Assembly: GCA_009837885.1 (NCBI GenBank)
Contig: VXSP01000015.1
Location: 14,065-78,064 of the forward strand
Length of the DNA: 64,000 bases
Direction of reading: 5' to 3'
Source of the DNA: Holophagales bacterium
GTDB taxonomy: Bacteria > Acidobacteriota > Thermoanaerobaculia > Multivoradales > Multivoraceae
This document shows, piece by piece, positions 46,281 through 56,809 of this stretch. The notes under the pieces are model-generated. The model made no database searches, was not told the origin of the DNA, and saw only the letters and a list, made by a program, of their open reading frames with translations. Every line of letters begins with the position of its first letter. The first letter of the stretch is position 1. The translations under genes and the position numbers were made by a program.

Positions 46281-46400
46281 GGAGCCGGCGCTGCGCGCCG
46301 GATGCCGGCGGGAACCCGTGTGGCGCGGGCCCGCGCCACACGCGTCACAGTCCGTGCGCCCGTCATCGGGCGCACGGATGACACGCCGGCGCACCCAGTC
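46281..46400 (+). repeat. Composite REP-like element: a REP copy whose loop carries a ~70-bp insert with two further perfect palindromes
   Basis: GGAGCCGGCGCTGCGCGCCGGATGCCGGCGGG, then the insert AACCCGTGTGGCGCGGGCCCGCGCCACACGCGTCACAGTCCGTGCGCCCGTCATCGGGCGCACGGATGACA, then CGCCGGCGCACCCAGTCTG. The insert contains the palindromes GTGTGGCGCGGGCCCGCGCCACAC and TCCGTGCGCCC-GTCAT-CGGGCGCACGGA. Confidence 0.8.
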
Positions 46401-46415
46401 TGAGCGCGTGCCTCT

Positions 46416-47342
46416 TCAGTCGAAGGCGGTCAGAATCTCCTCGTCGATCTGCTGCCAGGCCTCCGGCCGGTTGCCGATGCCGCAGAGGACGATCTCCTCG
46501 GCGCCGGCCTCGACGTACTGGTGCAGCAGGTCCTGGACGTAGGAGGCGGTGCCCCAGCAGTACCAGGGCTGCCCCGGCGATCTGGCGGCTTCCTGGTCGC
46601 TCGCGAAGAGCCGGAAGGGCAGGCCGACCGTTCTCTTGATCTCCGCCGGGTCGCGGCCGGCGTCCTCGCAGTGGCGGTCGAGGACCTTCTGCTTGTGCCT
46701 GAAGACGTCGACCCCGGCCGGGTGCCAGAAGTCCAGGTTGCTGATGTCGCCGTAGCGGGCGCAGGTGCGGAGCGTTCGCTTCTCGCCGTTGCCGCCGATC
46801 AGGATCGGGATGTGGGCCGTCCGGGTTGCACGCGGCCGGGTCGAACCCGGCACGAGGGGCGCCTCGTCCAGCCTGTAGTGGTTCCCCTCGAAGCTGACCT
46901 TCTCGCCCTCTTCCGCGGTGAACAGGAGGCGGATGAGCTGAGCCGCTTCCTCCAGGCGGTCGGAGCGTTCGCGCAGGGTGGGGAAGTCCCAGCCGTAGGC
47001 CTGGTGCTCGCGCTCGAACCAGGCGGCGCCGATCCCCAGCTCCATGCGTCCGCCGCTGATGTGGTCGACGCTGGCGCAGATCTTCGCGAGCAGGGCCGGA
47101 TTGCGGTAGGTGACGCCGCAGGCGAGGGTGCCGAGGCGGACGCGTTTGGTCACGACCGCCGCGGCGGTGATCAGCGTCCACACCTCGAGGGCCGACAGGT
47201 GTTCGTCGTTGGGAGCGGCCGGGGGCAGAAAGTGGTCCGAGAACCAGAGGCTGCTCCAGGTGCCGTTCTCGATCGCCTGAACCGTGGCTTCGGTTTCCGA
47301 CCACGGCACGCGGTAACTGCTGAGCTGGGCGCCGAACTCCAT
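46416..47342 (-). CDS. LLM-class (luciferase-like) flavin/F420-dependent oxidoreductase
   Basis: 308 aa. Bacterial luciferase-like TIM-barrel motifs are present (LWFSDHF...; GRMELGIGAAWFEREH; IGGNGEKRTL). Confidence 0.85.
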   Translation of the reverse strand: MEFGAQLSSYRVPWSETEATVQAIENGTWSSLWFSDHFLPPAAPNDEHLSALEVWTLITAAAVVTKRVRLGTLACGVTYRNPALLAKICASVDHISGGRMELGIGAAWFEREHQAYGWDFPTLRERSDRLEEAAQLIRLLFTAEEGEKVSFEGNHYRLDEAPLVPGSTRPRATRTAHIPILIGGNGEKRTLRTCARYGDISNLDFWHPAGVDVFRHKQKVLDRHCEDAGRDPAEIKRTVGLPFRLFASDQEAARSPGQPWYCWGTASYVQDLLHQYVEAGAEEIVLCGIGNRPEAWQQIDEEILTAFD

Positions 47343-47390
47343 GGGGCCGTAAGTTACTCCAAGTGGTACGCTGTTCCAAGTTTGTGACGC

Positions 47391-48896
47391 GTGCCGATGA
47401 CAGCCGACACCCAGCCTCAGACGGCCGCCGACTCACCCGGCCGCGGGCGTTCCGATCGCCGGCGAAAGGTGCCGCTGCGCACCAAGCTCGCGTTCTCCTC
47501 AGGCGGCTTCCAGCAGGGGATGGTGGTCGCCGGCCGCGTCACCACGCTGATCTTCTACAACCAGGTGCTCGGCGTCTCGGCGGCTCTTTGCGGCGTCGCC
47601 TACCTGGTCGCGAGCATCGTCGACGCGGTTTCCGATCCGATGGTCGGGGCGATTTCCGATCGCTTCCGGAGCCGGTGGGGGCGTCGCCACCCGCTGATGC
47701 TGATGTCGGCGCTGCCGATCGCGATCTCGTTCTACTTCCTGTATCAGCCCATCTCGGGCCTGAGCGTGGGCGCCCTCTTCGCTTGGCAGGTGTGCTTCCT
47801 GGTCCTGCTCCGCATCTCGACTTCCTTCCACAACATCCCGCGCGACGCGCTCGGCGCGGAGCTGACCGACGACTACCACGAAAGGACCTCGGTCTTCGGT
47901 TGGTACAACGTCGTGGCCACGGGCGCCGCGGTCGGGTTGAGCCTGCTGGTCCTGAACGCCGTCTTTCCGTCCACGCCGGAGTTCAGCAACGGGCTCCTCG
48001 ACCCAAGCCGGTACGTGATCCTGGCCGGCTTCGGCGCTTTCGTGGTGCTGGCGGCCGTTCTCGTGTGTACCTTCGGCACGGCCGACCAGATTCCCCATCT
48101 GCACACGAACACGCGTCGGCGTTTCGACGGCCGCGACCTCTACGGAGAGCTGCGGCAACTGCTCGCGAACCGGTCCTTCGTGTCGGTGACCGCCTCCTGG
48201 TTGACCATTGCCGCGGCCCAGGGCGTGCTGGACATGGTCAGCATCTACACCTGGATCTGGGTCTACGGTCTGTCGACGGAACAGTTCTCGGTCCTGGCCT
48301 TCGCGAAGATTCCCGGGATCTTCGTGGCCCTGCCGCTCGCCACTTGGATGACGCGCCGCTTCGACAAGAAACCGACGGTCATCTTCACCAGCGCGGTGTC
48401 GGCCGTCCTGGTGGCCTTTCCGCATGTCCTGCGCCTGACGGGTCTGTTTCCGGGGAACGACTCGGCGCTGCTGCTGCCGCTGCTGTTCGGACCGTTGTTC
48501 GTCGGCTACGCCCTGGTGACGGTAATGGCCATCGTGGTCGACTCCCAGTTGGTCGACATCGCGGACGACCACGAACTCCGGACCGGAAGCCGCGCCGAGG
48601 GCACGATCTTCTCGGTTCGGGAGTTCGCGATGAAGGCGACGGAGGGCTTCGGCGGGTTGATCGGGGGCTTCGGGCTGGAACTGATCCGGTTCCCGCAGAA
48701 CGCCGAGGCGGAAGGGGTGTCGGCGGGGACGCTCACCGGCCTGCTGGTGATGAGCGGACCGCTCTGCCTCGTGATCTACGGCGTCGGCATCCTGTTCATG
48801 ATGTTGTACCGCCTGAACGCTGGCAGGCATGAGGAGATCCTGACCGTGCTCGAGGCGAGGCGCGCGGCGCGCGCGACGGGAGCCGGCGGCGGATGA
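47391..48896 (+). CDS. MFS transporter of the glycoside-pentoside-hexuronide (GPH):cation symporter family
   Basis: 501 aa, 12 TM. The GPH signature is DAVSDPMVGAISDRFRSRWGRRHP. Confidence 0.85.
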   Translation: MPMTADTQPQTAADSPGRGRSDRRRKVPLRTKLAFSSGGFQQGMVVAGRVTTLIFYNQVLGVSAALCGVAYLVASIVDAVSDPMVGAISDRFRSRWGRRHPLMLMSALPIAISFYFLYQPISGLSVGALFAWQVCFLVLLRISTSFHNIPRDALGAELTDDYHERTSVFGWYNVVATGAAVGLSLLVLNAVFPSTPEFSNGLLDPSRYVILAGFGAFVVLAAVLVCTFGTADQIPHLHTNTRRRFDGRDLYGELRQLLANRSFVSVTASWLTIAAAQGVLDMVSIYTWIWVYGLSTEQFSVLAFAKIPGIFVALPLATWMTRRFDKKPTVIFTSAVSAVLVAFPHVLRLTGLFPGNDSALLLPLLFGPLFVGYALVTVMAIVVDSQLVDIADDHELRTGSRAEGTIFSVREFAMKATEGFGGLIGGFGLELIRFPQNAEAEGVSAGTLTGLLVMSGPLCLVIYGVGILFMMLYRLNAGRHEEILTVLEARRAARATGAGGG

Positions 48897-49537
48897 GCCT
48901 GGAGCAGCTCAAACGGGACTTCGACCGGGACGGCTACGTCGTCCTGCGCGGTTTTCTTTCGCCCGGGGAGCTCGAAGAGCTGCGCGCGCGCGCCGAAGGA
49001 TGTCTTGGCGAGGCCGAGAAAGGCGAGGCGTACCCCGGCGTCGTCAAGAACCTGAACAGGGTGGATCCGTGGTTCGAGGACCAGCTCCAGCGCGGCAGGC
49101 AGAGGGAGCTGATCTCCGCGCTGCTGGAGGACGACCTCGAACCCGCGACGGCCGCCTGGTTCGCCCGGCTTCCTGGAGAGACATCGGGGATCAGGCCGCA
49201 TCTCGATGCGGTCGGGCACCGCCAGAAGGGCGCGACGATCTGGATCGCCCTCGATCGGGCGGACCGGGAGAACGGTTGCCTCTACTACGCGAGGGGCACC
49301 CACCGGCAGGAGCTGCCGAGTGTTGTCGGCCTGGAGGGCTTCAGCGCCGAGTCCGAGGAGGCGGTGGCGGTCGAGGTCGAGCCGGGCGACGCCACGATTC
49401 ACAGCTCGCTCACGGTGCACTGGTCGGAAGCGAACCGCAGCCAGCGGCCGAGGGAGGCCATCTCGTACTTCTACTGGGCGGCTTCGGACGAAGGCGAGAC
49501 GGCGGACCCAGAGACTCTTGAGAGGGGGGAGCGATGA
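48893..49537 (+). CDS. Phytanoyl-CoA dioxygenase (PhyH) family Fe(II)/2-oxoglutarate-dependent oxygenase
   Basis: 214 aa. The start overlaps the GPH stop by 4 bp. The HxD...H facial triad candidates are PHLDAVGH and TIHSSLTVHW, and the N-terminus DGYVVLRGFLSPGELEEL is typical of PhyH. Confidence 0.7.
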   Translation: MSLEQLKRDFDRDGYVVLRGFLSPGELEELRARAEGCLGEAEKGEAYPGVVKNLNRVDPWFEDQLQRGRQRELISALLEDDLEPATAAWFARLPGETSGIRPHLDAVGHRQKGATIWIALDRADRENGCLYYARGTHRQELPSVVGLEGFSAESEEAVAVEVEPGDATIHSSLTVHWSEANRSQRPREAISYFYWAASDEGETADPETLERGER

Positions 49538-49588
49538 GCGAACTGAGGAAGTGCCACGCTGGCGGACTCCGGACGAGGTCTTACTCCC

Positions 49589-49640
49589 GCAGGCCGGCGC
49601 TTTGCGCCGGATGCCGGCGGATGACACGCCGGCGCACCCG
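49589..49640 (+). repeat. REP-like repeat variant (loop ATGACA) overlapping the start of the downstream serine hydrolase gene
   Basis: GCAGGCCGGCGCTTTGCGCCGGATGCCGGCGGATGACACGCCGGCGCACCCGGTGG. The ATG in the loop is the inferred start codon of the 49621-50880 gene. Confidence 0.75.
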
Positions 49641-50880
49641 GTGGCTTGCGGCTTGCGTGGTGGCAGTGGCCGCGACGCCGCTTCCTGCTCAGGAGATTCC
49701 AGTGGCGGCCCCGGAAGACGTCGGCATGTCGAGCGAGCGTCTGCTGGAGATCGACGCCGTCATCAAACGGCACATCGACGCGGGCGAGATCCAGGGGGCG
49801 GTCACGGCCGTGGCGCGGCGCGGGAAGGTCGTCCACTTCGAGGCGTACGGCCTGTTGGACGTCGAGCGGGCCCGGCCGATGGAGAAGGATGCCATCTTCC
49901 GCATGGCCTCCTCGTCGAAGCCGGTGCTCGGGGTCGCAGCGATGATGATGATCGAGGAGGGTCTCTTCGATCCGGCCGACGAGGTCGCGAAGTACCTGCC
50001 TGAGTTCAGCGACATGCAGGTCGCCGTGCTCAAGGAGCCGGCGGACAGGGACGTCATTCCCGCGTTCGTGGCGCCGGGCGAGACGCCGGCGCACCGCCTG
50101 GTGCCGGCGGAGCGCCCGATCACGATTCACGACCTGCTGACCCACACCGCTGGCTTGGGCAGCTACGGACTGGGCACGGCGGTCGCGAAGCTCCCGAACG
50201 TCGGCCCGGACGACACCCTTGCGAGCCGCGTGCCGCTGTACGCCCGCATGCCGCTCGACTTTCAACCGGGCTCGCGGTGGGGCTACAGCCCGCGCATCGG
50301 ACACGACGTGGTAGCCCGCATCATCGAGATCGTCTCGGGCGTGTCCTACGACGACTTCCTTCGCCGGCGGATCTTCAGGCCGCTCGGCATGACCGATACC
50401 CACTTCTTCCTGCCGCCGGAGAAGGAGTCCAGACGGGTCGTGATCCAGGGTCTCGATGCCAAGTCGAAGGGGTGGGACAAGCCGAGCCGCTATGCCTCGG
50501 CTTCCGGCGGACTCTCCAGCACCGCTGAGGACTTTCTTCGTTTCGAGCAGATGCTGGCCGGCGGCGGCGCCCTGTTCGGGAACCGTCTGCTGAGCCCGGA
50601 GTCGGTCGCCCTGATGTCGAGCAACCAGGTTGGTGGGCTCTACGGACAGGGAGGCAAGCAGCCCGGCTCAGGATTCGGCTACGCCGTCTCCGTCGTGCTC
50701 GACCCGGTGGCCGCGAGGAGCGCGCGCGGCAAGGGCGCCTTTGGTTGGGGCGGTGCGTTCGGAACCGTGTCCTGGACCGACCCGGCGAACGAGATCACGG
50801 CCGTCCTGATGGTTCAGCAGGGCAGCAAGGGCGTGTCAGCCGGTTTCGAGAACGCCATCAAGGCCGCGATCGTCGACTGA
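49621..50880 (+). CDS. Beta-lactamase-family serine hydrolase (class C / penicillin-binding protein-like)
   Basis: The start is at M30 of the tracked ORF. Signal peptide MTRRRTRWLAACVVAVAATPLPAQ. The SxxK nucleophile motif is MASSSKPV, followed by the YSPR (YxN-like) block and a later GWGG. Confidence 0.8.
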   Translation: MTRRRTRWLAACVVAVAATPLPAQEIPVAAPEDVGMSSERLLEIDAVIKRHIDAGEIQGAVTAVARRGKVVHFEAYGLLDVERARPMEKDAIFRMASSSKPVLGVAAMMMIEEGLFDPADEVAKYLPEFSDMQVAVLKEPADRDVIPAFVAPGETPAHRLVPAERPITIHDLLTHTAGLGSYGLGTAVAKLPNVGPDDTLASRVPLYARMPLDFQPGSRWGYSPRIGHDVVARIIEIVSGVSYDDFLRRRIFRPLGMTDTHFFLPPEKESRRVVIQGLDAKSKGWDKPSRYASASGGLSSTAEDFLRFEQMLAGGGALFGNRLLSPESVALMSSNQVGGLYGQGGKQPGSGFGYAVSVVLDPVAARSARGKGAFGWGGAFGTVSWTDPANEITAVLMVQQGSKGVSAGFENAIKAAIVD

Positions 50881-51012
50881 GGAAGCCGCTGCGTCGTCGC
50901 GCGGGCAACCGTGCCGCATAGTGGGTGCGCCGTGGCCTGTTCCGTACAGGCGATCGAGCGCCTGCTCCGCGGGACTTTTCAATGCCTCCGGATCCTTGTA
51001 TACAGCGGTTAG

Positions 51013-53256
<2,244 letters not shown>

Positions 53257-53293
53257 CATCATTGACATCAGAATAGACTCCGCGTATGGTGCG

Positions 53294-53575
53294 TTGATGC
53301 GCACCACGCTGACCATAGAAGATGACATTGCCGCGAGGATCGAGGAGATTCGGAAGCGAGACGGGCAGTCGCTCAAGCAGGTGGTCAATCTGCTGTTGCG
53401 CGACGGGCTCCACCGGGAGGGCCGGCCTCGGGCGAAGCCGTACCGTACGCGTCCCAGCGAACTCGGTCTGCGCCCGGGCTTCGACGCCGTGCGGTTGAAC
53501 CAGCTCGCCGACGAGCTTGAGGTAGACGGCCGTCTGGAGAGCGAGGCGCGTCTACGACCAGGGCCGGGGCGCTGA
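53294..53575 (+). CDS. vapB: VapB-like RHH antitoxin
   Basis: 93 aa: MRTTLTIEDDIAARIEEIRKRDGQSLKQVVNLLLRDGL. It sits directly upstream of a PIN gene. Confidence 0.65.
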   Translation: MMRTTLTIEDDIAARIEEIRKRDGQSLKQVVNLLLRDGLHREGRPRAKPYRTRPSELGLRPGFDAVRLNQLADELEVDGRLESEARLRPGPGR

Positions 53576-53598
53576 TCGTTCCGGACGTCAATCTCCTC

Positions 53599-54018
53599 GT
53601 GTACGCGGTGGACTCGGGGAGTCCGTTCCATGCCCGGTCGCGCGGTTGGTGGGACGGCGTGCTCTCGTCGGGGTCGGACGTGGGGCTCTGTTACCCCAGC
53701 GTCCTTGGTTTCCTGAGGATGACAACGAATCGTCGCGTGTTCGTGTCGCCCCTGGCGGTAGCGGACGCGCTGGATCGAGTGCAGAGCTGGTTGGATCAAC
53801 CCAACGCGACACTGCTGGCGCCCACGGGCCGTCACTGGCCGATCCTGTCCGACCTGCTGAGGACGGCGAACGTCGGCGCCAACCTGACGACGGATGCGCA
53901 CATTGCCGCGTACGCCATCGAACACGCCGGAACCGTGTACTCGAACGACGGCGACTTCGGGCGCTTCGATGGCCTGCGTTGGAGGAACCCTCTGGCCACG
54001 ACCGCGAGACGGTCCTGA
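53599..54018 (+). CDS. vapC: VapC PIN-domain toxin whose annotated GTG start removes the first catalytic Asp; the true start is probably a non-canonical CTG near 53572
   Basis: The tracked ORF starts VYAVDSGSPFHARSRGW... The in-frame upstream codons read ALIVPDVNLLVYA, supplying the conserved PIN N-terminal D. There is no ATG/GTG/TTG there; a CTG overlaps the vapB stop (CTGA). The later acidic residues are LTTDAHIAAYA and NDGDF. Confidence 0.65.
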   Translation: MYAVDSGSPFHARSRGWWDGVLSSGSDVGLCYPSVLGFLRMTTNRRVFVSPLAVADALDRVQSWLDQPNATLLAPTGRHWPILSDLLRTANVGANLTTDAHIAAYAIEHAGTVYSNDGDFGRFDGLRWRNPLATTARRS

Positions 54019-54057
54019 CGTGCGGATGCCTCAGCGCCGCGGGCATTGCGGCAGCAG

Positions 54058-54894
54058 CTAGCCAGCCGGCGGCAGCAGCATCTGCTCCATTGCGGCGACG
54101 AACGCCTGGCGTGACGGCAGGCTGTCGATCAGACCGCTGAGCCGCTCCGCGTCGGCGCCGACGGGGTTGTGCACCGGGATGTCGTTCCGGGTCACGCACT
54201 CGTAGATCTTGTCCGCCACCTCCTGCGGGTCCTGCGGTTCGCCGCCTGAGACGATCGCGGCGAAGTGGTCGCGGAGCATCCGCGAGTGCTCGACGAGTTG
54301 CGGGTCGCCGGTCTCGACGTAGTTGTCCGTGTTGGTGCCGAACGCGGTCGTCAGATAGGCCCCGGGCGCAACGGAAACGACGCGGATGCCGAGCGGTTTG
54401 TACTCGAGCGCGAGGGCCTCGGTGAGTCCCTCGACCGCGAACTTCGACGACGAGTAGACCGAGTTGCCGAGCAGGCCCATCAGGCCTCCCATCGACGTCA
54501 CGTTGACGATGCAGCCGGAGCCCCGTTTCCGCATGTCGGGCAGGGCGCGGCGCATCACGTTCATCAGGCCGAAGACGTTCGTCTCATAGATGTCGCGTAC
54601 GGAGGCATCGGGCGACTGCTCGAAGAGCGCGCTGCTGCCGTAACCGGCGTTATTGACGACTGCGTCGATCGAACCGAACGCGGCGGTGCCCTGCTCGAAG
54701 GCGGCGTCGATGCTCCGCGGATCCTTGACGTCGAGCCTCGTAACCAGGACGCCTTCGAGGCCCGTGAGCTCCGCTTCCTTCTCCGGCGATCGCATCGTGG
54801 CCACGACGTTCCAGCTGTTGGCTCGGAAGGTGTGGACTGCCAGCTTGCCGAAGCCGCTCGAGCAGCCGGTGATGAGTACGGTGCGGTCTGTCAT
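54058..54894 (-). CDS. SDR-family oxidoreductase
   Basis: 278 aa from MTDRTVLITGCSSGFGKLAV (TGxxxGxG), with NNAG and catalytic YSSSKFAVEG (YxxxK). An RBS AAGGGAGA is present. It sits inside a 611-aa artefactual ORF in the track. Confidence 0.85.
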   Translation of the reverse strand: MTDRTVLITGCSSGFGKLAVHTFRANSWNVVATMRSPEKEAELTGLEGVLVTRLDVKDPRSIDAAFEQGTAAFGSIDAVVNNAGYGSSALFEQSPDASVRDIYETNVFGLMNVMRRALPDMRKRGSGCIVNVTSMGGLMGLLGNSVYSSSKFAVEGLTEALALEYKPLGIRVVSVAPGAYLTTAFGTNTDNYVETGDPQLVEHSRMLRDHFAAIVSGGEPQDPQEVADKIYECVTRNDIPVHNPVGADAERLSGLIDSLPSRQAFVAAMEQMLLPPAG

Positions 54895-54987
54895 CGATCT
54901 GGGATCTCCCTTAGGGTTTCTGGTTGGCGACTCAGTAAAGCGGCAGAATGGTAGACCACGAACGCCAGAACGAGGAGTACACGAACA

Positions 54988-55788
54988 ATGCAGCGACCCA
55001 CGATCGGTTTCATAGGACTCGGCGCCATGGGGGAGCCGATGGCGGCCCGCCTGCTCGATGCCGGCTTTCGGGTCGTCAGCTCGATCAACCGCAGCCGCGA
55101 CGCGATCGAGCGGCTTGCGGCGAAGGGGATGGAAGAGCTGGGGACGCCGCGGGAAGTCGGCGAGCGTGCCGACACCCTGATGACGATTGTCTGGGACGAA
55201 GAGCAGACCGATCACGTGCTCCGCGGTGACGGCGGCGCGTTGAGTGCTCTGCGCGAGGGCGCGATCGTCGTGGTGATGAGTACCGTGTCGCCGGTCTACT
55301 GCCAGGAGCTGGCCAGAGAGGCGGCATCGAAAGGCGTGGAGGTGATCGACTGCCCGGTCAGCGGGCTGGTGGCCGGCGCCCGGGAGGGCACGCTCACCCT
55401 GATGGCCGGAGGTGAAGCCACGACGATCGACCGGTGCCGGGAGGCCTTCGACGTGCTGGGCACGACGATGCACTGCGGCGACATCGGCGCCGGTCAGGCG
55501 ACGAAAATCGGCAACAACGCGATCGCGCTCGGCACCTGGGCGCTCGTCCAGGAGGTGCGCGAGGTTGTCGGCGCCTACGGCATGGAACTGGACCGGTTTA
55601 TGGAGATCCTGAACGTGTCGACGGGCCGGAGCTTCGTCTCGAAGAACTTCCCGATGCCCCGGCGGCGCGTGACCTGGCCGGCAATGCCGGTCAAGGATCT
55701 GTCTTTGTGCCTGGACGTCGCCAGGGAGTTCGATGTCGAGGCGCCGCTGGTGAAGGCGAGTCTGGACTCCGGTCAGCCGGAGGCCTGA
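54988..55788 (+). CDS. NAD(P)-dependent 3-hydroxyisobutyrate / 2-hydroxy-3-oxopropionate reductase family dehydrogenase
   Basis: 266 aa. IGFIGLGAMGEPMAARL is the Rossmann motif, and the 6-PGDH-like C-terminal domain contains GAGQATKIGNN. Confidence 0.85.
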   Translation: MQRPTIGFIGLGAMGEPMAARLLDAGFRVVSSINRSRDAIERLAAKGMEELGTPREVGERADTLMTIVWDEEQTDHVLRGDGGALSALREGAIVVVMSTVSPVYCQELAREAASKGVEVIDCPVSGLVAGAREGTLTLMAGGEATTIDRCREAFDVLGTTMHCGDIGAGQATKIGNNAIALGTWALVQEVREVVGAYGMELDRFMEILNVSTGRSFVSKNFPMPRRRVTWPAMPVKDLSLCLDVAREFDVEAPLVKASLDSGQPEA

Positions 55789-55831
55789 AGATACGGCCTT
55801 CGACTCTGAGGGCCGTTTGGAGGAACCTGGG

Positions 55832-56800
55832 ATGAAGTACACGAAGTTGGGCAGTTCCGGTCTTGAGGTATCCCGGATCTGTCTCGGATGCATGAGCTTC
55901 GGCGAAGAGTCGCCGGGGGCTCACGACTGGAGTCTCGATGAAGCTGCCAGCCGCCCGATCATCGAGAAGGCGCTCGATCTGGGCATCAACTTCTTCGACA
56001 CGGCGAACGCCTACTCGATCGGCTCGAGCGAGGAGATCACGGGCAGGGCGTTGCGGGACATGGCGAATCGCGACGAGGTCGTCATCGCGACCAAGGTCTA
56101 CTTCCCCGTCCGGCGGGGGCGCAACGCCCGGGGGCTCTCGCGCAAGGCGATCATGACCGAGCTCGATGCGTCGTTGCGCCGTCTGGGAACCGACTACATC
56201 GACCTCTACCAGATCCACCGCTGGGACGACCGTACGTCCATCGACGAGACGCTCGGCGCGCTGCACGACGCGGTGACGGCCGGCAAGGTCCGCTACATCG
56301 GCGCCTCGTCGATGTGGGCGTGGCAGTTCAGCAAGGCGCTCTACACCAGTGAACTCCGCGGCTTCACGAAGTTCGTCAGCATGCAGAACCAGTACAGCCT
56401 CCTCCAGCGCGAAGAGGAACGCGAGATGCACCCTCTCTGCGCCGATCAGGGCATCGGGACGATCCCGTGGAGCCCGCTGGGCCGGGGGTTGCTGACCCGC
56501 GACTGGGACGAGACGACGCGCCGGTCGCAGAGCGACCCGATGATGGCGAGGCGTTTCGACGAGGCGAAGGACCGGCCGATCGTTGATCGGCTGGGCGAGG
56601 TGGCGCGGGACAAGGGCGTTTCGCGGGCCGAGGTCGCGCTTGCCTGGGTCCTGGCCAATCCGGTCGTCGCGTCGCCGATCGTCGGCGTCACGAAGATGAG
56701 CCACCTCGAAGAGGCGGTGTCCGCGCTCGACGTCGAGCTGACCGCTGAGGGGACGGAGCGGCTCGAAGAGGTGTACACGCCGCGGGCGAACCTGTTCTGA
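55832..56800 (+). CDS. Aldo/keto reductase
   Basis: The start is at M6 of the tracked ORF, after an RBS AGGAGG. MKYTKLGSSGLEVSRICLGCMSFG, DTANAYS, and the IGASSMWAWQ region are typical AKR blocks. Confidence 0.9.
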   Translation: MKYTKLGSSGLEVSRICLGCMSFGEESPGAHDWSLDEAASRPIIEKALDLGINFFDTANAYSIGSSEEITGRALRDMANRDEVVIATKVYFPVRRGRNARGLSRKAIMTELDASLRRLGTDYIDLYQIHRWDDRTSIDETLGALHDAVTAGKVRYIGASSMWAWQFSKALYTSELRGFTKFVSMQNQYSLLQREEEREMHPLCADQGIGTIPWSPLGRGLLTRDWDETTRRSQSDPMMARRFDEAKDRPIVDRLGEVARDKGVSRAEVALAWVLANPVVASPIVGVTKMSHLEEAVSALDVELTAEGTERLEEVYTPRANLF

Positions 56801-56809
56801 GCCGGCGGT

